Source of the DNA: Minisyncoccota bacterium
GTDB taxonomy: Bacteria; Patescibacteriota; Minisyncoccia; JAHIHE01; JAGLIN01
NCBI GenBank assembly: GCA_023142995.1
Contig: JAGLIM010000006.1
Location: forward strand, 32,577-96,576
DNA length: 64,000 nt
Direction of reading: 5' to 3'
Both the position numbers and the translations under genes were made by a program. Of this stretch, positions 63,681-64,000 are shown one piece after another. Each line of letters opens with the position of its first letter. Position 1 is the first letter of the stretch. Below the pieces are notes generated by a model. That model saw only the letters and a list, made by a program, of their open reading frames with translations, did not search any database and was not told the origin of the DNA.

Positions 63681-64000
63681 ATGTCTAGTAAAAGAAAAAT
63701 ATCATTGAATTTTCTGATAATTATAGTTTTGACAGTTATAACTGGCTATATTGTCTATCCTCACAATCAAGGGATTAAAATTCAAAATTACGGGATAAAC
63801 TATTATAACGATTTGAACTTTCATCTTGGTCTTGATCTGCAAGGAGGGACGCATTTAGTCTATCAGTCTGACCTGTCGCAGATACAAGAAGATGAAAAAG
63901 AATCTGCCATTGAGGGAGTTAGGGATGTTATTGAAAGAAGAGTGAACGCTTTTGGAGTTTCTGAACCTATTGTTCAAACATCTAAAAAAGATCGTATCAT
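63681..64000 (+). CDS. secD: Protein-export membrane protein SecD. N-terminal part only; it continues past the window.
   Basis: N-terminal TM helix, then LGLDLQGGTHLVY and IERRVNAFGVSEPIVQ. Confidence 0.8.
   Translation, partial: MSSKRKISLNFLIIIVLTVITGYIVYPHNQGIKIQNYGINYYNDLNFHLGLDLQGGTHLVYQSDLSQIQEDEKESAIEGVRDVIERRVNAFGVSEPIVQTSKKDRI

Noticed and set aside
1-64000. Alternative genetic code (TGA read as Gly, code 25) suggested by the CPR-like features and the in-frame TGA at about 24186.
   Set aside because: Long conserved genes (SecA at 884 aa, the Clp ATPase, MurC, the transposase) are uninterrupted under the standard code. RmuC ends at a TGA. A single in-frame TGA in one gene is better explained as a pseudogene or an error.

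Overview
This is a low-GC (roughly 30%) bacterial window. Nearly all genes lie on the + strand and use the standard genetic code. I found no rRNA, no tRNA and no CRISPR array. Bacterial Elp3, very large secreted beta-helix/Ig-like surface proteins, short genes and dense intergenic palindromes point to a Patescibacteria (CPR)-like, or similarly reduced, genome, though this is inference from content only. An ISNCY/IS481-like insertion sequence also appears to be intact. The housekeeping content is as follows. There is a dcw cell-wall cluster (mraY, murD, ftsW, murG, murC, murB) broken up by non-canonical inserts, plus secA and the start of secD. There is a GldA/GldF/GldG-like ABC system, an ECF sigma/anti-sigma pair and a Clp-family ATPase. 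Other recognisable genes are rmuC, hpf, RidA, a cyclophilin, a NUDIX hydrolase, SPOUT and class I methyltransferases, an HD hydrolase, a GGR-family reductase, a D-aminoacylase and an NlpC/P60 peptidase. The most unusual signals are these. (1) A family of nested palindromic repeat elements is inserted in-frame into murB, an MFS transporter, murD and Elp3, much like Rickettsia palindromic elements, with further intergenic copies. (2) A three-gene insert between murD and ftsW encodes a LysW-like zinc-ribbon acidic-tail peptide, a fold-II PLP enzyme and an ATP-grasp ligase. (3) Several other small repeat families are present. These are an oriented 5'-UTR palindrome upstream of the gld and surface-protein genes, about 280-bp MITE-like elements with TTGTCATTCTGAA terminal inverted repeats, a 'GCGGGAAC-hairpin' family, a stop-codon-proximal 'TGTCATTC-hairpin' family, and AAAATTC heptamer arrays that also sit in-frame inside murC and murB.
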